Source: a bacterium (GTDB lineage: Bacteria; Patescibacteriota; WWE3; 2-01-FULL-39-13; JAACPI01). Taken from it: 64,000 bases of DNA. The stretch lies in contig JAACPI010000002.1 in assembly GCA_009995545.1 (NCBI GenBank), positions 78,316 through 142,315 on the forward strand. Reading direction: 5' to 3'. This document shows, one piece after another, positions 1 through 9,487 of this stretch. The notes beneath the pieces were generated by a model, which was given only the letters and a program-made list of their open reading frames with translations, was not told the origin of the DNA and made no database searches. Both the position numbers and the translations under genes were made by a program. Each line of letters begins with the position of its first letter. Positions within the stretch are counted from its first letter, which is position 1.

Positions 1-227
1 GAACCCAATATTTTGTCTAGCTCTTTTATAGACTTATCCAGCTCCTTAGAAGAAACGAGTCTGCGTTTAAACTCTATTATATGAGGAGAATAAGACTTTT
101 TAAACTTTTCTAAGTCTTTTAAAAACTTGAGCTTTTTTTTCTCATCGTTAAAGGTATCGTATAGAAAAAATGAAGTAAAGCCTAATAAAAACCCCAGGAT
201 AATACTGGACTCACTTTTTTTTGACAT
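1..227 (-). CDS. YtxH-like protein (partial, runs off window start)
   Basis: Not in ORF track. ATG at 227 opens MSKKSESSIILGFLLGFTSFFLYDTFNDEKKK...: short hydrophobic helix then charged helix; overlaps the DUF948-like gene as in ytxG/ytxH pairs. Confidence 0.55.
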   Translation of the reverse strand, partial: MSKKSESSIILGFLLGFTSFFLYDTFNDEKKKLKFLKDLEKFKKSYSPHIIEFKRRLVSSKELDKSIKELDKILG

Positions 228-453
228 TGCTAAAGTTTCGGTAAATTTCTAAACCTGTTTTAATAATTAAAGGTAGAGATACTAAAGAACCAGAAAAGTC
301 CTTTATAGCTTTGTGGCTTTCATCAAAAAAGCGATTTGCAGTTTTTAGCATACCTCTAACATCTCTAATTACTATTACAACGTAGACCCCTACTATTAAC
401 AAGTTTAAAGCCAAAAGTAAAAGAACTATCTGTAAAATAAGCTGTAAGTCCAT
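211..453 (-). CDS. small membrane protein, DUF948/YtxG-like
   Basis: N-terminal TM helix followed by amphipathic helix; precedes YtxH-like gene. Confidence 0.5.
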   Translation of the reverse strand: MDLQLILQIVLLLLALNLLIVGVYVVIVIRDVRGMLKTANRFFDESHKAIKDFSGSLVSLPLIIKTGLEIYRNFSNVKKK

Positions 454-572
454 AAAGTTTATATAAATTACTCTATACTCTTATAATAGATTATTATTGG
501 GTAATTATCTAATCGGTATTTATAAAAACCCTAGACAGCCGAAGAAATATAGCATTAAGCGCTAGCAAAACT

Positions 573-914
573 TTACTGCTTTTTAATCTGTGCTAGTAGC
601 TCTGATTTGAGCTGGTCTTTGGATCGTAGGCCTATAAATTCTCCAACAACTTTACCTTTATTAAATAGTTTCATATTAGGTATACTTTGGATCTTATATT
701 CGAAAGCTAGAGGCTGATTCTCCTCAACTTCTGTATCTACTTTGCCAATCTCTAATTTGTCTTTTAAATCAGGGTCGTTTGATAATTCATCCAAAACAGG
801 AGCCATCATCCTGCAGGGCATACACCAGGGCGCCCAAAAATCAACCAGAACATATTTGTCTGAACTTAATACTTTTTCTGAAAAATCCTTTGCTGTTATA
901 TCATGTGTGGCCAT
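573..914 (-). CDS. trxA: thioredoxin (WCMPC active site)
   Basis: VLVDFWAPWCMPC and IQSIP cis-Pro motif. Confidence 0.93.
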   Translation of the reverse strand: MATHDITAKDFSEKVLSSDKYVLVDFWAPWCMPCRMMAPVLDELSNDPDLKDKLEIGKVDTEVEENQPLAFEYKIQSIPNMKLFNKGKVVGEFIGLRSKDQLKSELLAQIKKQ

Positions 915-931
915 AGTTTTTTTATTAAAAA

Positions 932-1240
932 TTAATATTTTTTTAGATCTTCTACCAATTGCAAGATATCCTTACATAAAATAGATAACCTATTATCTAT
1001 AACTTTATAAACCTGATACTTGCCTTTTCTTTCACAAACTACTAATCCGGCTTTTCGCAGATAAGAGAGATGCTGAGATACTGCGGACTGAGAAAGACTG
1101 CAAACACTAAGCAATTCTGTAACGGTCTTATCAGATCTACCAAGACAAGCTAGTATTTTAACTCTTGTGATATTTCCAAGAGTTTTCGTAATTTTATTTT
1201 CTATAAATAACATATTAGCATATACTAATATGAATTGCAA
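932..1240 (-). CDS. ArsR/SmtB family transcriptional regulator (start may be the later Met, MFIENK)
   Basis: RVKIL...TVTEL...SQSAVSQHLSYLRKAGLV...RKGK..Y winged-helix signature. Confidence 0.9.
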   Translation of the reverse strand: MQFILVYANMLFIENKITKTLGNITRVKILACLGRSDKTVTELLSVCSLSQSAVSQHLSYLRKAGLVVCERKGKYQVYKVIDNRLSILCKDILQLVEDLKKY

Positions 1241-1306
1241 AATACAGTCGATTTTGTTTTAGATATAGTCATAGTCTAAAAATAACCCATCAAGTATAAT
1301 TGGCAC

Positions 1307-3121
1307 ATGGAAAAATTGAGCAGTAAAGAAATAAGAAATAGATTTCTTAAATTTTTTGAAAATAATCAACATAAAATAGTCACATCTAGTCCCCTGGTTT
1401 TAGAAAACCACCCCTCACTTTTGTTTGTAAACTCTGGAATGGTTCAATTTACCCCCTACTTTTTAGGTGAAAAAGACGCGGTCAAAGACTTTGGAAACAA
1501 AATGTTAGTAGATACCCAAAAATGTATACGAACCAACGATTTAGATATAGTAGGTAAAAGTAAATACCATCACACATTTTTCGAAATGTTAGGTAGCTGG
1601 GGTATCGGCGCATACAGCAAAGAAAAAGCAGTAGAACTAGCCTTTAATTTATTAACAAATGAAGAATATGGATTTGGTTTAGACCCAGGTAAATTTATAC
1701 CAACAGTTTTTGCTGGCAGTGATGAAGCACCAGCCGATGAAGACACAATTAAAGCTTGGAACAATCTTGGGGTAAAAAGAGTAAGTAGATTACCAGCTAG
1801 TGAAAATTGGTGGGCTCCAGGCGGCTTAACAGGTGTTGGCCCCTGCGGACCTTGCACGGAAGTGCTTTATGATAGAGGACCTACATTTGGAGATGAGGAA
1901 GAAACTCCCGGATTAACAGATAATCCAAGATATCTAGAAATATGGAATGCGGGCGTATTTATGCAATACAACAGACCTACAGTTGGGGGAAAACTAGAAA
2001 AATTAAAAATGCTTAGTGTAGACACCGGAGCAGGTTTGGAAAGAATTACAACACTGTTGCAGGGAGTGGACAGTAACTACGAAACAGACTTATTCTCACC
2101 AATTATAGAAAAAATACTAAGCCTATCCGATTTAGAGCTTAATAAAGAAGACGAAAATATAAAATTTGGTTTACAAAGAAGTGCAGATCATCTAAAAGCA
2201 TCTTGCTTTATTATAGTTGAAAACGTTTACCCTTCTAATAAGGACCAAGGGTTTGTACTTAGAAGAATGCTTAGAAGAGTTGTAGACGATTTTACTTGGA
2301 AGTTAAAAATAAATCCTATTAGAATAACCCAAATCATACCCGTTATTGTAGATTTATATAAGATACAATTTCCTGAAATCGACCAGCAAGACCTAATCAA
2401 AGAAGTCATAGAAACTGAATTAAGGGCTTACGAAAAAGTTGTAAATAACACAAGAAACTACATAAAAAGAACTTATGTAAGTAAGAGCCGGGAAATAGAA
2501 AATCCCTTTGACGTGTATCAGAGCACGGGCTCGAGTAAAGAACTAATAGAAGATCTGGCAAAGGAATTTAATTTAAAAACAGATTTTAGTAACTTTGATG
2601 CAAGATTAAAGAAACACCAAGAACTATCAAAAGGCAGCGATCAAAGATTTAAGGGAGGGTTAGCTAATACAGGAGTAGAAGAAACTAAGTTACACACAAC
2701 GACTCACCTACTTCACAAGGCTCTTAGAGATACCTTGGGGGAACATGTACAGCAAATGGGAAGTAATATTAATCCTCAAAGGTTACGTTTTGACTTTTCT
2801 CATAACGAAAAAATGACCAGGGATCAAATTAAAAAAGTTGAGGGCATTATTAACGAAAAAATTAAGCAAACGTTACCTGTTGTTAGGGTAGAAATGTCTA
2901 AATCTGAGGCCGAAAAAAGTGGGGCTCTACATTTTTTTAAAGATAAATACGGTGATACAGTAAGTATTTATTTTATCGGAAAGGATATCAATAGTGCCTA
3001 CAGTAAAGAGTTTTGTGGGGGGCCACATGTTAAAAACACCAGTGAAATTGGAAAAGTAAGATTAGTTAAAGAAGAAGGAGTAGGAAAAGGTGTAAGAAGA
3101 ATTAGAGCAGAACTAAATTAG
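1307..3121 (+). CDS. alaS: alanine--tRNA ligase, compact form lacking C-Ala domain
   Basis: IRNRFLKFF, NSGMVQF, HHTFFEMLG, DTGAGLER, editing HTTTH and EFCGGPH. Confidence 0.96.
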   Translation: MEKLSSKEIRNRFLKFFENNQHKIVTSSPLVLENHPSLLFVNSGMVQFTPYFLGEKDAVKDFGNKMLVDTQKCIRTNDLDIVGKSKYHHTFFEMLGSWGIGAYSKEKAVELAFNLLTNEEYGFGLDPGKFIPTVFAGSDEAPADEDTIKAWNNLGVKRVSRLPASENWWAPGGLTGVGPCGPCTEVLYDRGPTFGDEEETPGLTDNPRYLEIWNAGVFMQYNRPTVGGKLEKLKMLSVDTGAGLERITTLLQGVDSNYETDLFSPIIEKILSLSDLELNKEDENIKFGLQRSADHLKASCFIIVENVYPSNKDQGFVLRRMLRRVVDDFTWKLKINPIRITQIIPVIVDLYKIQFPEIDQQDLIKEVIETELRAYEKVVNNTRNYIKRTYVSKSREIENPFDVYQSTGSSKELIEDLAKEFNLKTDFSNFDARLKKHQELSKGSDQRFKGGLANTGVEETKLHTTTHLLHKALRDTLGEHVQQMGSNINPQRLRFDFSHNEKMTRDQIKKVEGIINEKIKQTLPVVRVEMSKSEAEKSGALHFFKDKYGDTVSIYFIGKDINSAYSKEFCGGPHVKNTSEIGKVRLVKEEGVGKGVRRIRAELN

Positions 3122-3172
3122 CCAGGGTTACTACACTCAACTTTATTCACCATATAATGTAGAATATAATTA

Positions 3173-4309
3173 ATGATTTCTATGCCCAACTGGAAAAAAA
3201 CAAAAGCTGAGGAAACTGAACTTTACAACCTAATCTATATAGGAACAAAAGGAGTAGATTACGGTTTGTGTGAGATAATAAAAGGTAAAGCAAACATTAT
3301 AGACTTTGAATCCTCGTTCTTTAAAGATTTTGTAGTTTCAGACATCCCCAGCTCTAAAATAGAAGAAATTAGAGATTCTATAGACAAGTTACTAACTAAA
3401 AGTAAAGAAAGAACTGGAAAACAAACCAAGCAGACACTTTTGGGAATACCGGCACTATACACACTAAACCAAACTACTACTTTAAGAATTAAGCGAGATA
3501 ACCCATCCGAAAAAGTATCAAAAAAAGAATTAGAAGAAATAAATATTAGAATCTTAGCAAATTCTAAATTAGAGGCCGAAAAAAAACTAAACACAAATCA
3601 AGATTCTGACTTAGAAATAGTTAATTCTGATTTCTCATTCATAAAATTAGATGGGTACCTAACAAAGGACATCGAAGGTATGAGAGGTAGTATTTTAGAA
3701 ATATCTCAATTTAGCAGCTTTAGTAGCAAACAGTACCTAAACAATTTAGTGGCGTTAGCGCAATCTTTAAGATTATCTTTAGTCACGGTCACTTCCAGCA
3801 CTTACTCTTTAGTTAAATATATAAAAGAAAAAACCAAATTAGAAAACTACATGCTTATCAACTTTGGAGGACACACAACAGATGTTGGAATAGTCTTTGG
3901 AGGAGAGCTAATAAATACTTCAAGCATTAGAATAGGAACCGAAAGCTTAGTCAGCTACATATCAGAAAAAACAGAAAAAGATCGCGAAAGAGTTATAGAA
4001 GCACTTCTTAAAAATGAACCCGACCCCTCTGAAGTAGAAGTATTACAAAAGACTTTCGAAGATTTCTGGTTAGAAAGCCTACTAAAGAGTTTAGACTCCA
4101 TAGAAGGAATAAAGATATACCCAAATTTAATTATGATTTACGGAGATGAACAACTTTCTATAGATAAAAATAGAATTTTAGCTCAATTGGAAAAATTAAA
4201 GTTTAAAGAGACTCCAGAAATTCACAGCCTGAAAGAAAAAATAGATTTAGTGGGCGAGTACCCAGTCATACTAAAAAGTCTAGCGAATTTTATGCAGAAC
4301 TTAAAATGA
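3173..4309 (+). CDS. FtsA/actin-like ATPase-domain protein (divergent)
   Basis: YIGTKGV and LINFGGHTTDVGI phosphate-loop-like motifs; SHS2-like insert (IKLDGY). Confidence 0.65.
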   Translation: MISMPNWKKTKAEETELYNLIYIGTKGVDYGLCEIIKGKANIIDFESSFFKDFVVSDIPSSKIEEIRDSIDKLLTKSKERTGKQTKQTLLGIPALYTLNQTTTLRIKRDNPSEKVSKKELEEINIRILANSKLEAEKKLNTNQDSDLEIVNSDFSFIKLDGYLTKDIEGMRGSILEISQFSSFSSKQYLNNLVALAQSLRLSLVTVTSSTYSLVKYIKEKTKLENYMLINFGGHTTDVGIVFGGELINTSSIRIGTESLVSYISEKTEKDRERVIEALLKNEPDPSEVEVLQKTFEDFWLESLLKSLDSIEGIKIYPNLIMIYGDEQLSIDKNRILAQLEKLKFKETPEIHSLKEKIDLVGEYPVILKSLANFMQNLK

Positions 4310-5859
4310 ACAAAATAATTAAAATTGATACAGCTAATACTGATCTTGGAAAAATATTTGCGGATATAGACCAAACGGAATCTAAAGAGATCCGAATTAT
4401 CTACGACAGTGAAATAAACAATCTTTTCTCTTCTAATGACATAACCTTAATAGAAGACTATGCTAAAAAACAAGGCAAGGAAGTAAAATTTTTGAATTCA
4501 GAAAAGGTTGAAAAATCGGGGTTTGTCATTGGTTCAGATGTAAACGAAAAACCAGTTACTCAAAATAGTAATAACCCAATAACTAACAAAAAACCAATGA
4601 AACTTAACGCAAATATGCCTAAAGTAAAGTTTGGTGCAGTACTTTTAGTAATATTATTAGTAATATCCGCTTTTTTTGCCGCTGGATTTTATTTTTTTAA
4701 CAAAAGCTACCCAAAAGCTCAGGTTTTTTTGGATATAAAATCACAAGTTTATACGGGAACGCAAGATACAAGGATAATACTTGATCAAGAAAATGTGGAT
4801 ACCCAAACCGACTCAATACCTGGAAAAACTATAAGTGCTGAGGCAAACCAGGAAATTATCGTTATACCTACCGGAGAAAAAGAAATTGGGGAAAAAGCGG
4901 CGGGGCAGCTTAAAATCTATAACAAAACTAGCGATGACAAAACAATTAAAAAAGGAACAGAAGTTAGTATTTCGGCTGAATCAGATAAACAGTATATTTT
5001 TTACACAACTGAGGAGGTAAAAGTAGATAAAAAAACAGTTGAAGAAACAGTTACTGACACTGCTGGAGAGATTAAAAAAGCAGATGTCTATGGCAGTGCA
5101 AAATTAAAAATTGAGGCCTCAGAAATAGGAGCAGACTTTAACATCGATAAAGACAAAGTTAAAAGTATAAAGGTAGGAGATTACGATAAAGACGGTGAAA
5201 TTACAGCAGAAATAGATACAACGCCAGTTGGTGGAGACAGTAAAAAAGTAACTGTTGTTAATCAAAAAGACTTAGATGATCTAAAAGATAAACTTACGGA
5301 AAAAGCAAAAGGTAAGGCCGAAGATAATCTAAAACAAAAAGTTGAAGAAGGTTTTGAAATTCTACAAGGTGCGTTAGATGTTAACGTAACTAGCCTAACC
5401 TATGACAAAAAAGCAGACGAAGAAGCTGAAAAAATTATTGGTAATATAACAATCAAAGCCACAACCTTAACATACAAATCTGCAGATTTAAGAGAAGTTT
5501 TAGCAGATAAAGTTAAGGGGCTAGTACCCGGCAATTTCTCTGTGGTCTCAGGTAACGATAACTTAATAGTTACAAGCTCCAGCAAGGAGCTAAAATACAA
5601 CGAAACAACCGGAGTTTTAGAAAGCATTGTGGTTAGTAATAAGGTACAAAGTTCCGTTGCACCAAAGATTAAAGCAGAAGATATTGCAGCAGACATTGCA
5701 GGTAAACAAATAGAAGACGCTCAAAAATATTTGTCGGAGATAGCTAATATTACGGGAGCAAAAATAGTTATTAGCCCTAATATACCAATTTTTAACAAAC
5801 ACTTACCCAACAAAAATAAAATTGACGTAGAAATAAGTATAACGGATGGGACAGAGTAA
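4306..5859 (+). CDS. single-TM protein with large extracellular baseplate J/gp47-like domain
   Basis: TM at about aa 109-131; TGEKEIGEKAAGQLKIYN, IEASEIGADFNI, GGDSKKVTVVNQKDL typical of CPR baseplate-J-like proteins; 4-bp overlap with upstream gene. Confidence 0.6.
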   Translation: MNKIIKIDTANTDLGKIFADIDQTESKEIRIIYDSEINNLFSSNDITLIEDYAKKQGKEVKFLNSEKVEKSGFVIGSDVNEKPVTQNSNNPITNKKPMKLNANMPKVKFGAVLLVILLVISAFFAAGFYFFNKSYPKAQVFLDIKSQVYTGTQDTRIILDQENVDTQTDSIPGKTISAEANQEIIVIPTGEKEIGEKAAGQLKIYNKTSDDKTIKKGTEVSISAESDKQYIFYTTEEVKVDKKTVEETVTDTAGEIKKADVYGSAKLKIEASEIGADFNIDKDKVKSIKVGDYDKDGEITAEIDTTPVGGDSKKVTVVNQKDLDDLKDKLTEKAKGKAEDNLKQKVEEGFEILQGALDVNVTSLTYDKKADEEAEKIIGNITIKATTLTYKSADLREVLADKVKGLVPGNFSVVSGNDNLIVTSSSKELKYNETTGVLESIVVSNKVQSSVAPKIKAEDIAADIAGKQIEDAQKYLSEIANITGAKIVISPNIPIFNKHLPNKNKIDVEISITDGTE

Positions 5860-5887
5860 CTTTTAAGTTTTAAGAAATTTAAAAAGC

Positions 5888-6280
5888 TTAATTAGAATCC
5901 CAAAACCTTTCTAAAATTTTGGCAGCACTTGTAGAGTGAATCTTCTTTTTTATTTTTTTTATATCTGAGTGCTTGGTGAACATTTCACTAAAAGATTCTT
6001 TACTCGTACCACTCTCATCTACCTTATGTATCGGGATAGAAAAATTATCTTCTAGGTAACTAATAAATTTTTCGGTTTTCTTCTGTTGCTTAGAGTTTGA
6101 GTGTATAGGAAGACCTACAACTATTGCTTCTATATTTTCCGTGATTATTAATTCTTTAATTTTGGATAGTAAAAAATCTAAGCTAGATGTGTGAATAGGC
6201 GGTAACTCTAATATGCTCGGTAAGTCCCCCAAAGCAACACCGGTGTGCTTATCACCGTAGTCTAAAGAAAGAATTCTCAT
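5888..6280 (-). CDS. ruvX: RuvX/YqgF family nuclease
   Basis: ILSLDYGDKHTGVA, IVVGLP, VDESGTS, SAAKIL. Confidence 0.9.
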   Translation of the reverse strand: MRILSLDYGDKHTGVALGDLPSILELPPIHTSSLDFLLSKIKELIITENIEAIVVGLPIHSNSKQQKKTEKFISYLEDNFSIPIHKVDESGTSKESFSEMFTKHSDIKKIKKKIHSTSAAKILERFWDSN

Positions 6281-7221
6281 AAAGTCTGTAAGTAACCGTT
6301 TAGTAACTCCTTTACGTCAGCAAACCGGTCGTTACTACCCATTACAATAACAATTAACTTGTTACCTAAATTTTCGTAGCCAAAAACTAAGCACTCCCCT
6401 GCATTACTAGTGTAACCTGTTTTGTAGCCCACTGTTCCAGGTAAATCAAAAAGTAAAGAATTAGTATTATTTATTGCGTAATTTTGCCCGTCTAAAGATC
6501 TTAAAACGTAGGACCTAGTACCCATTATTATTTTTAATTTTTCAATCTCGAGTACCTTTTTAATTAAAATCAGTAAATCTTTACTGCTAGAAAAGTGCCC
6601 GGGCTCATCCAAACCAATTTCATTTTTATAAAAGGTATTCTTCAATTTAATATCGGTAGCCTGATTATTCATCTCCTTTATAAACTCTTGTCTACCTCCT
6701 GGAAAGTTAGCAGCCAAAACACAAGCTGCATCACTGCCACTTCTAAGCATTAAACCATAAAATAAGTCCTCTACATAAAATCTTTCACCTGCTTTAAAAC
6801 CAACATTACTGCCTTCTAAAGTTACACATTCTGCAGGTACAGCTAAAACAGTATCTAAAGAGTAAGTATTAAATGCCAGGTAGGCCGTCATTAGCTTTGT
6901 AGTGCTAGCATTAGGGAGTTGGGTATCTATATCTTTTCCATAAAGTATTTGGCTACTATTTTTATCGTATATCAAATAACTTTTAGAAGTAAAAGCGGAG
7001 CTGACTGAAAATTCCCTATTTAGATAATCGGTTTTATCTCCTTGAGGTTTGTCACTATCTATCTTTTTAGGTTCTAATACAGTTAAAGGTTCTGCAGATT
7101 TTTGCTGAATTGTTCTTTGTAAAAAATAGCTATTAAAACCAAAGGAGAGACCCATTAAAAATAAACCTAAAAAAATAAAAACCGTACTAGTTGTTTTCAA
7201 CTTTTTATGATTATTGGGCAT
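6277..7221 (-). CDS. D-alanyl-D-alanine carboxypeptidase (peptidase S11)
   Basis: N-terminal TM; ASTTK (SxxK), SGS (SxN variant), KTGYT. Confidence 0.9.
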   Translation of the reverse strand: MPNNHKKLKTTSTVFIFLGLFLMGLSFGFNSYFLQRTIQQKSAEPLTVLEPKKIDSDKPQGDKTDYLNREFSVSSAFTSKSYLIYDKNSSQILYGKDIDTQLPNASTTKLMTAYLAFNTYSLDTVLAVPAECVTLEGSNVGFKAGERFYVEDLFYGLMLRSGSDAACVLAANFPGGRQEFIKEMNNQATDIKLKNTFYKNEIGLDEPGHFSSSKDLLILIKKVLEIEKLKIIMGTRSYVLRSLDGQNYAINNTNSLLFDLPGTVGYKTGYTSNAGECLVFGYENLGNKLIVIVMGSNDRFADVKELLNGYLQTL

Positions 7222-7228
7222 ACTTTAA

Positions 7229-8635
7229 CTAAACTGTTTTAATTCCTAACTCTTTCAGCTGTGCGTCTGTAACATCATTTGGAGCATCCATAACAGCTGT
7301 TCTACCTTTAGTGCTAGAGGGGAAAGCCATTAATTCTCTAAGACTAGGCTCACCAAATAGTACCATTAAAAATCTATCTAAACCTGGTGCAATGCCGCCA
7401 TGAGGGGGGACTCCATAAGTAAATGCTTTTAACATATGTGTAAACTGTTCTTTTTGCTCCTTAGAAAAACCGATTAAATCAAATATTTTGCTCTGAACTT
7501 CAGCACTATGAATTCTAATGCTTCCCCCGCCAACCTCAAAACCGTTTAGTACCATGTCGTGCTGTAAGCCCCTTGCTTTTGTAGGGTCAGTATCTAATAG
7601 CTTAATGTCATCTGGGTGAGGAGAGGTAAACATATGGTGGGAAGGTGCAAATTTAGCACTCCCAGAACCGTGAAAAAAATCTTCCTCGGACTGCTCTGCA
7701 AATAAGGGAAAATCTATAACCCACGCAAAAGCCATTTCGTTAGGATCATTTTTGTCTTTTCTTAAATCGGGTTTATCTGTACCGTACTTTTTTATAGCTT
7801 CTTTGTAGGGTATTCTAGGCCAAGGTTTTTGCTGTATCTTTTTTTCTGGAAAAAGATCTTCGACCATTTTTGTAAACATTGTTTCTGTTAAATCTAAAAT
7901 ATCGTTTTGTTCTACAAAAGACATTTCTAGATCGAGTTGGGTAAATTCCCCATAAGCCCTATCAGCCCTTGCGTCCTCGTCTCTAAAACATTTAGCAAAT
8001 TGAAAATATTTTTCAAAACCTGCTACCATTAATAACTGCTTATACTGTTGTGGGCTTTGGGGTAGGGCATAAAAACTTCCCTGGTGTAGTCTCGAGGGAA
8101 CTAAAAAGTCTCGAGCACCTTCAGGTGTAGATTTAGTTAACATCGGAGTCTCTATTTCACAAAAACCTTCTTTATGAAGGTAGGTTCTAATATATTGAGC
8201 AGCCTTACTTCTGTTTCGCATGTTTGCAGCCATCCTAGGCCTTCGTAAATCTAAGTATCTGTACTCTAACCTGGTTTCTTCTTTGATATCTAACCCATCT
8301 GTGTTTATAGGAATAGGAAGCTCTGCTGCGGTATTTAAAACTTCTACATCGGTAGGGTCGACTTCAACAGAGCCGGTAGGTATATTTTCATTGTTTTGGC
8401 CCTTGTTACGCTCTTTAACACTGCCCTTAATTTTTACAACATATTCATTTCCTAATTCTTTAAGTTTTGCGTAGTTTTCACCATAAAAAACAACCTGAAC
8501 AATACCTGTTTTATCTCTTAAATCAATAAAACCAACTTTTCCGTGGTCTCGTATAGTATCTACCCAACCAAAAAGGGTAACTTCTTTTCCAATATGTTCG
8601 GGTGTGTTTATAATTTCAGTTCTATTTTTTAGCAT
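7229..8635 (-). CDS. aspS: aspartate--tRNA ligase, short form without GAD insert
   Basis: RDHG, RLEYRYLDLR, STPEGARDF, LPQSPQQYKQLLM, PPHGGIAPGLDR. Confidence 0.96.
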   Translation of the reverse strand: MLKNRTEIINTPEHIGKEVTLFGWVDTIRDHGKVGFIDLRDKTGIVQVVFYGENYAKLKELGNEYVVKIKGSVKERNKGQNNENIPTGSVEVDPTDVEVLNTAAELPIPINTDGLDIKEETRLEYRYLDLRRPRMAANMRNRSKAAQYIRTYLHKEGFCEIETPMLTKSTPEGARDFLVPSRLHQGSFYALPQSPQQYKQLLMVAGFEKYFQFAKCFRDEDARADRAYGEFTQLDLEMSFVEQNDILDLTETMFTKMVEDLFPEKKIQQKPWPRIPYKEAIKKYGTDKPDLRKDKNDPNEMAFAWVIDFPLFAEQSEEDFFHGSGSAKFAPSHHMFTSPHPDDIKLLDTDPTKARGLQHDMVLNGFEVGGGSIRIHSAEVQSKIFDLIGFSKEQKEQFTHMLKAFTYGVPPHGGIAPGLDRFLMVLFGEPSLRELMAFPSSTKGRTAVMDAPNDVTDAQLKELGIKTV

Positions 8636-8729
8636 GCGCTAATTTTATTACTACAAAGGCAAAAACTCAACAGGTTGGGAAAAATGATAGAGTATGTTGT
8701 ATAGGGTATATAGGATTTAGATCTTGCTT

Positions 8730-8756
8730 GTCATTGCTAGCGCAGCGCGGCAATCT
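8730..8756. repeat. short palindromic REP-like element
   Basis: GTCATTGCTAGCGCAGCGCGGCAATCT: ATTGC/GCAAT stem in AT-rich intergenic DNA. Confidence 0.45.
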
Positions 8757-8956
8757 AATTATTTTCAACCTAACTACAAAAAAAAATCACCAATCCTCCA
8801 CCATCTAAAAAAGGACGGAAGCAGTACTAAGGCCCCCCCCCTAGTTATAACAGAAAACAAACCATAGAAAGACAAAATTTTACGAGCGTGTATTTTAGCT
8901 CAACAAGGGTAGGATCAATTATTTGCAGAATTTTAGTAGTATATACTAAGTATATA

Positions 8957-9487
8957 CTACCTAAACTTTTCTATAATACCTTTTAAAACACCTAAGGTTA
9001 TTTGGTATTCATTAGAATCAATTTCTCTATAATCTCTTCTAATTTCTGCTTCTAAAGCGGAGATTTTAAATTCATTCAAATGTTCACAAATAGTTAATTG
9101 AGAATCATTAATAAAATTTGCCTGATTTAGATTTGTAAGAATTTTTGAGTGCAGGCCTGTAAAAGTTTTGTTGGGATAAAAAACAACCTCCTTTTCGTAA
9201 TCAATTTTTTTACCATGGACATCTAAAACTAAGTCTATCTTATTTTTAGTTACAAGTTTAAACAATTCAATACGAAATTCTGAATCTTTATACCAGTTAG
9301 GGTCTTTTTGAACAGAAGTAGAAATAATACCCCAACAGCCGGTGGCACTACATAATTCATTTACAATTTGTCCAGTATTTGTATCTCTAGACTTTATTCT
9401 GTCGTTTCTAATTTGAGGAAAGTTATGCGGAGCAGACAAAAGAACAGGGATAGAACCTTTTATAATTTTAAACAGTTCGTTAGACAT
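8957..9487 (-). CDS. hypothetical, N-formylglutamate amidohydrolase/Zn-peptidase-like
   Basis: LLSAPH...RDTNTG...LDVHG...EAEI metal-ligand pattern. Confidence 0.5.
   Translation of the reverse strand: MSNELFKIIKGSIPVLLSAPHNFPQIRNDRIKSRDTNTGQIVNELCSATGCWGIISTSVQKDPNWYKDSEFRIELFKLVTKNKIDLVLDVHGKKIDYEKEVVFYPNKTFTGLHSKILTNLNQANFINDSQLTICEHLNEFKISALEAEIRRDYREIDSNEYQITLGVLKGIIEKFR

Noticed and set aside
4306-5859. Prophage or contractile injection system suggested by the baseplate-J-like gene
   Set aside because: No integrase, capsid, sheath, tube or terminase; the protein has a TM and sits among housekeeping genes
8936-8960. Perfect 25-bp palindrome GTAGTATATACT-A-AGTATATACTAC
   Set aside because: Explained by tandem duplication of an 11-bp AT-rich word at a stop codon; no other support for function
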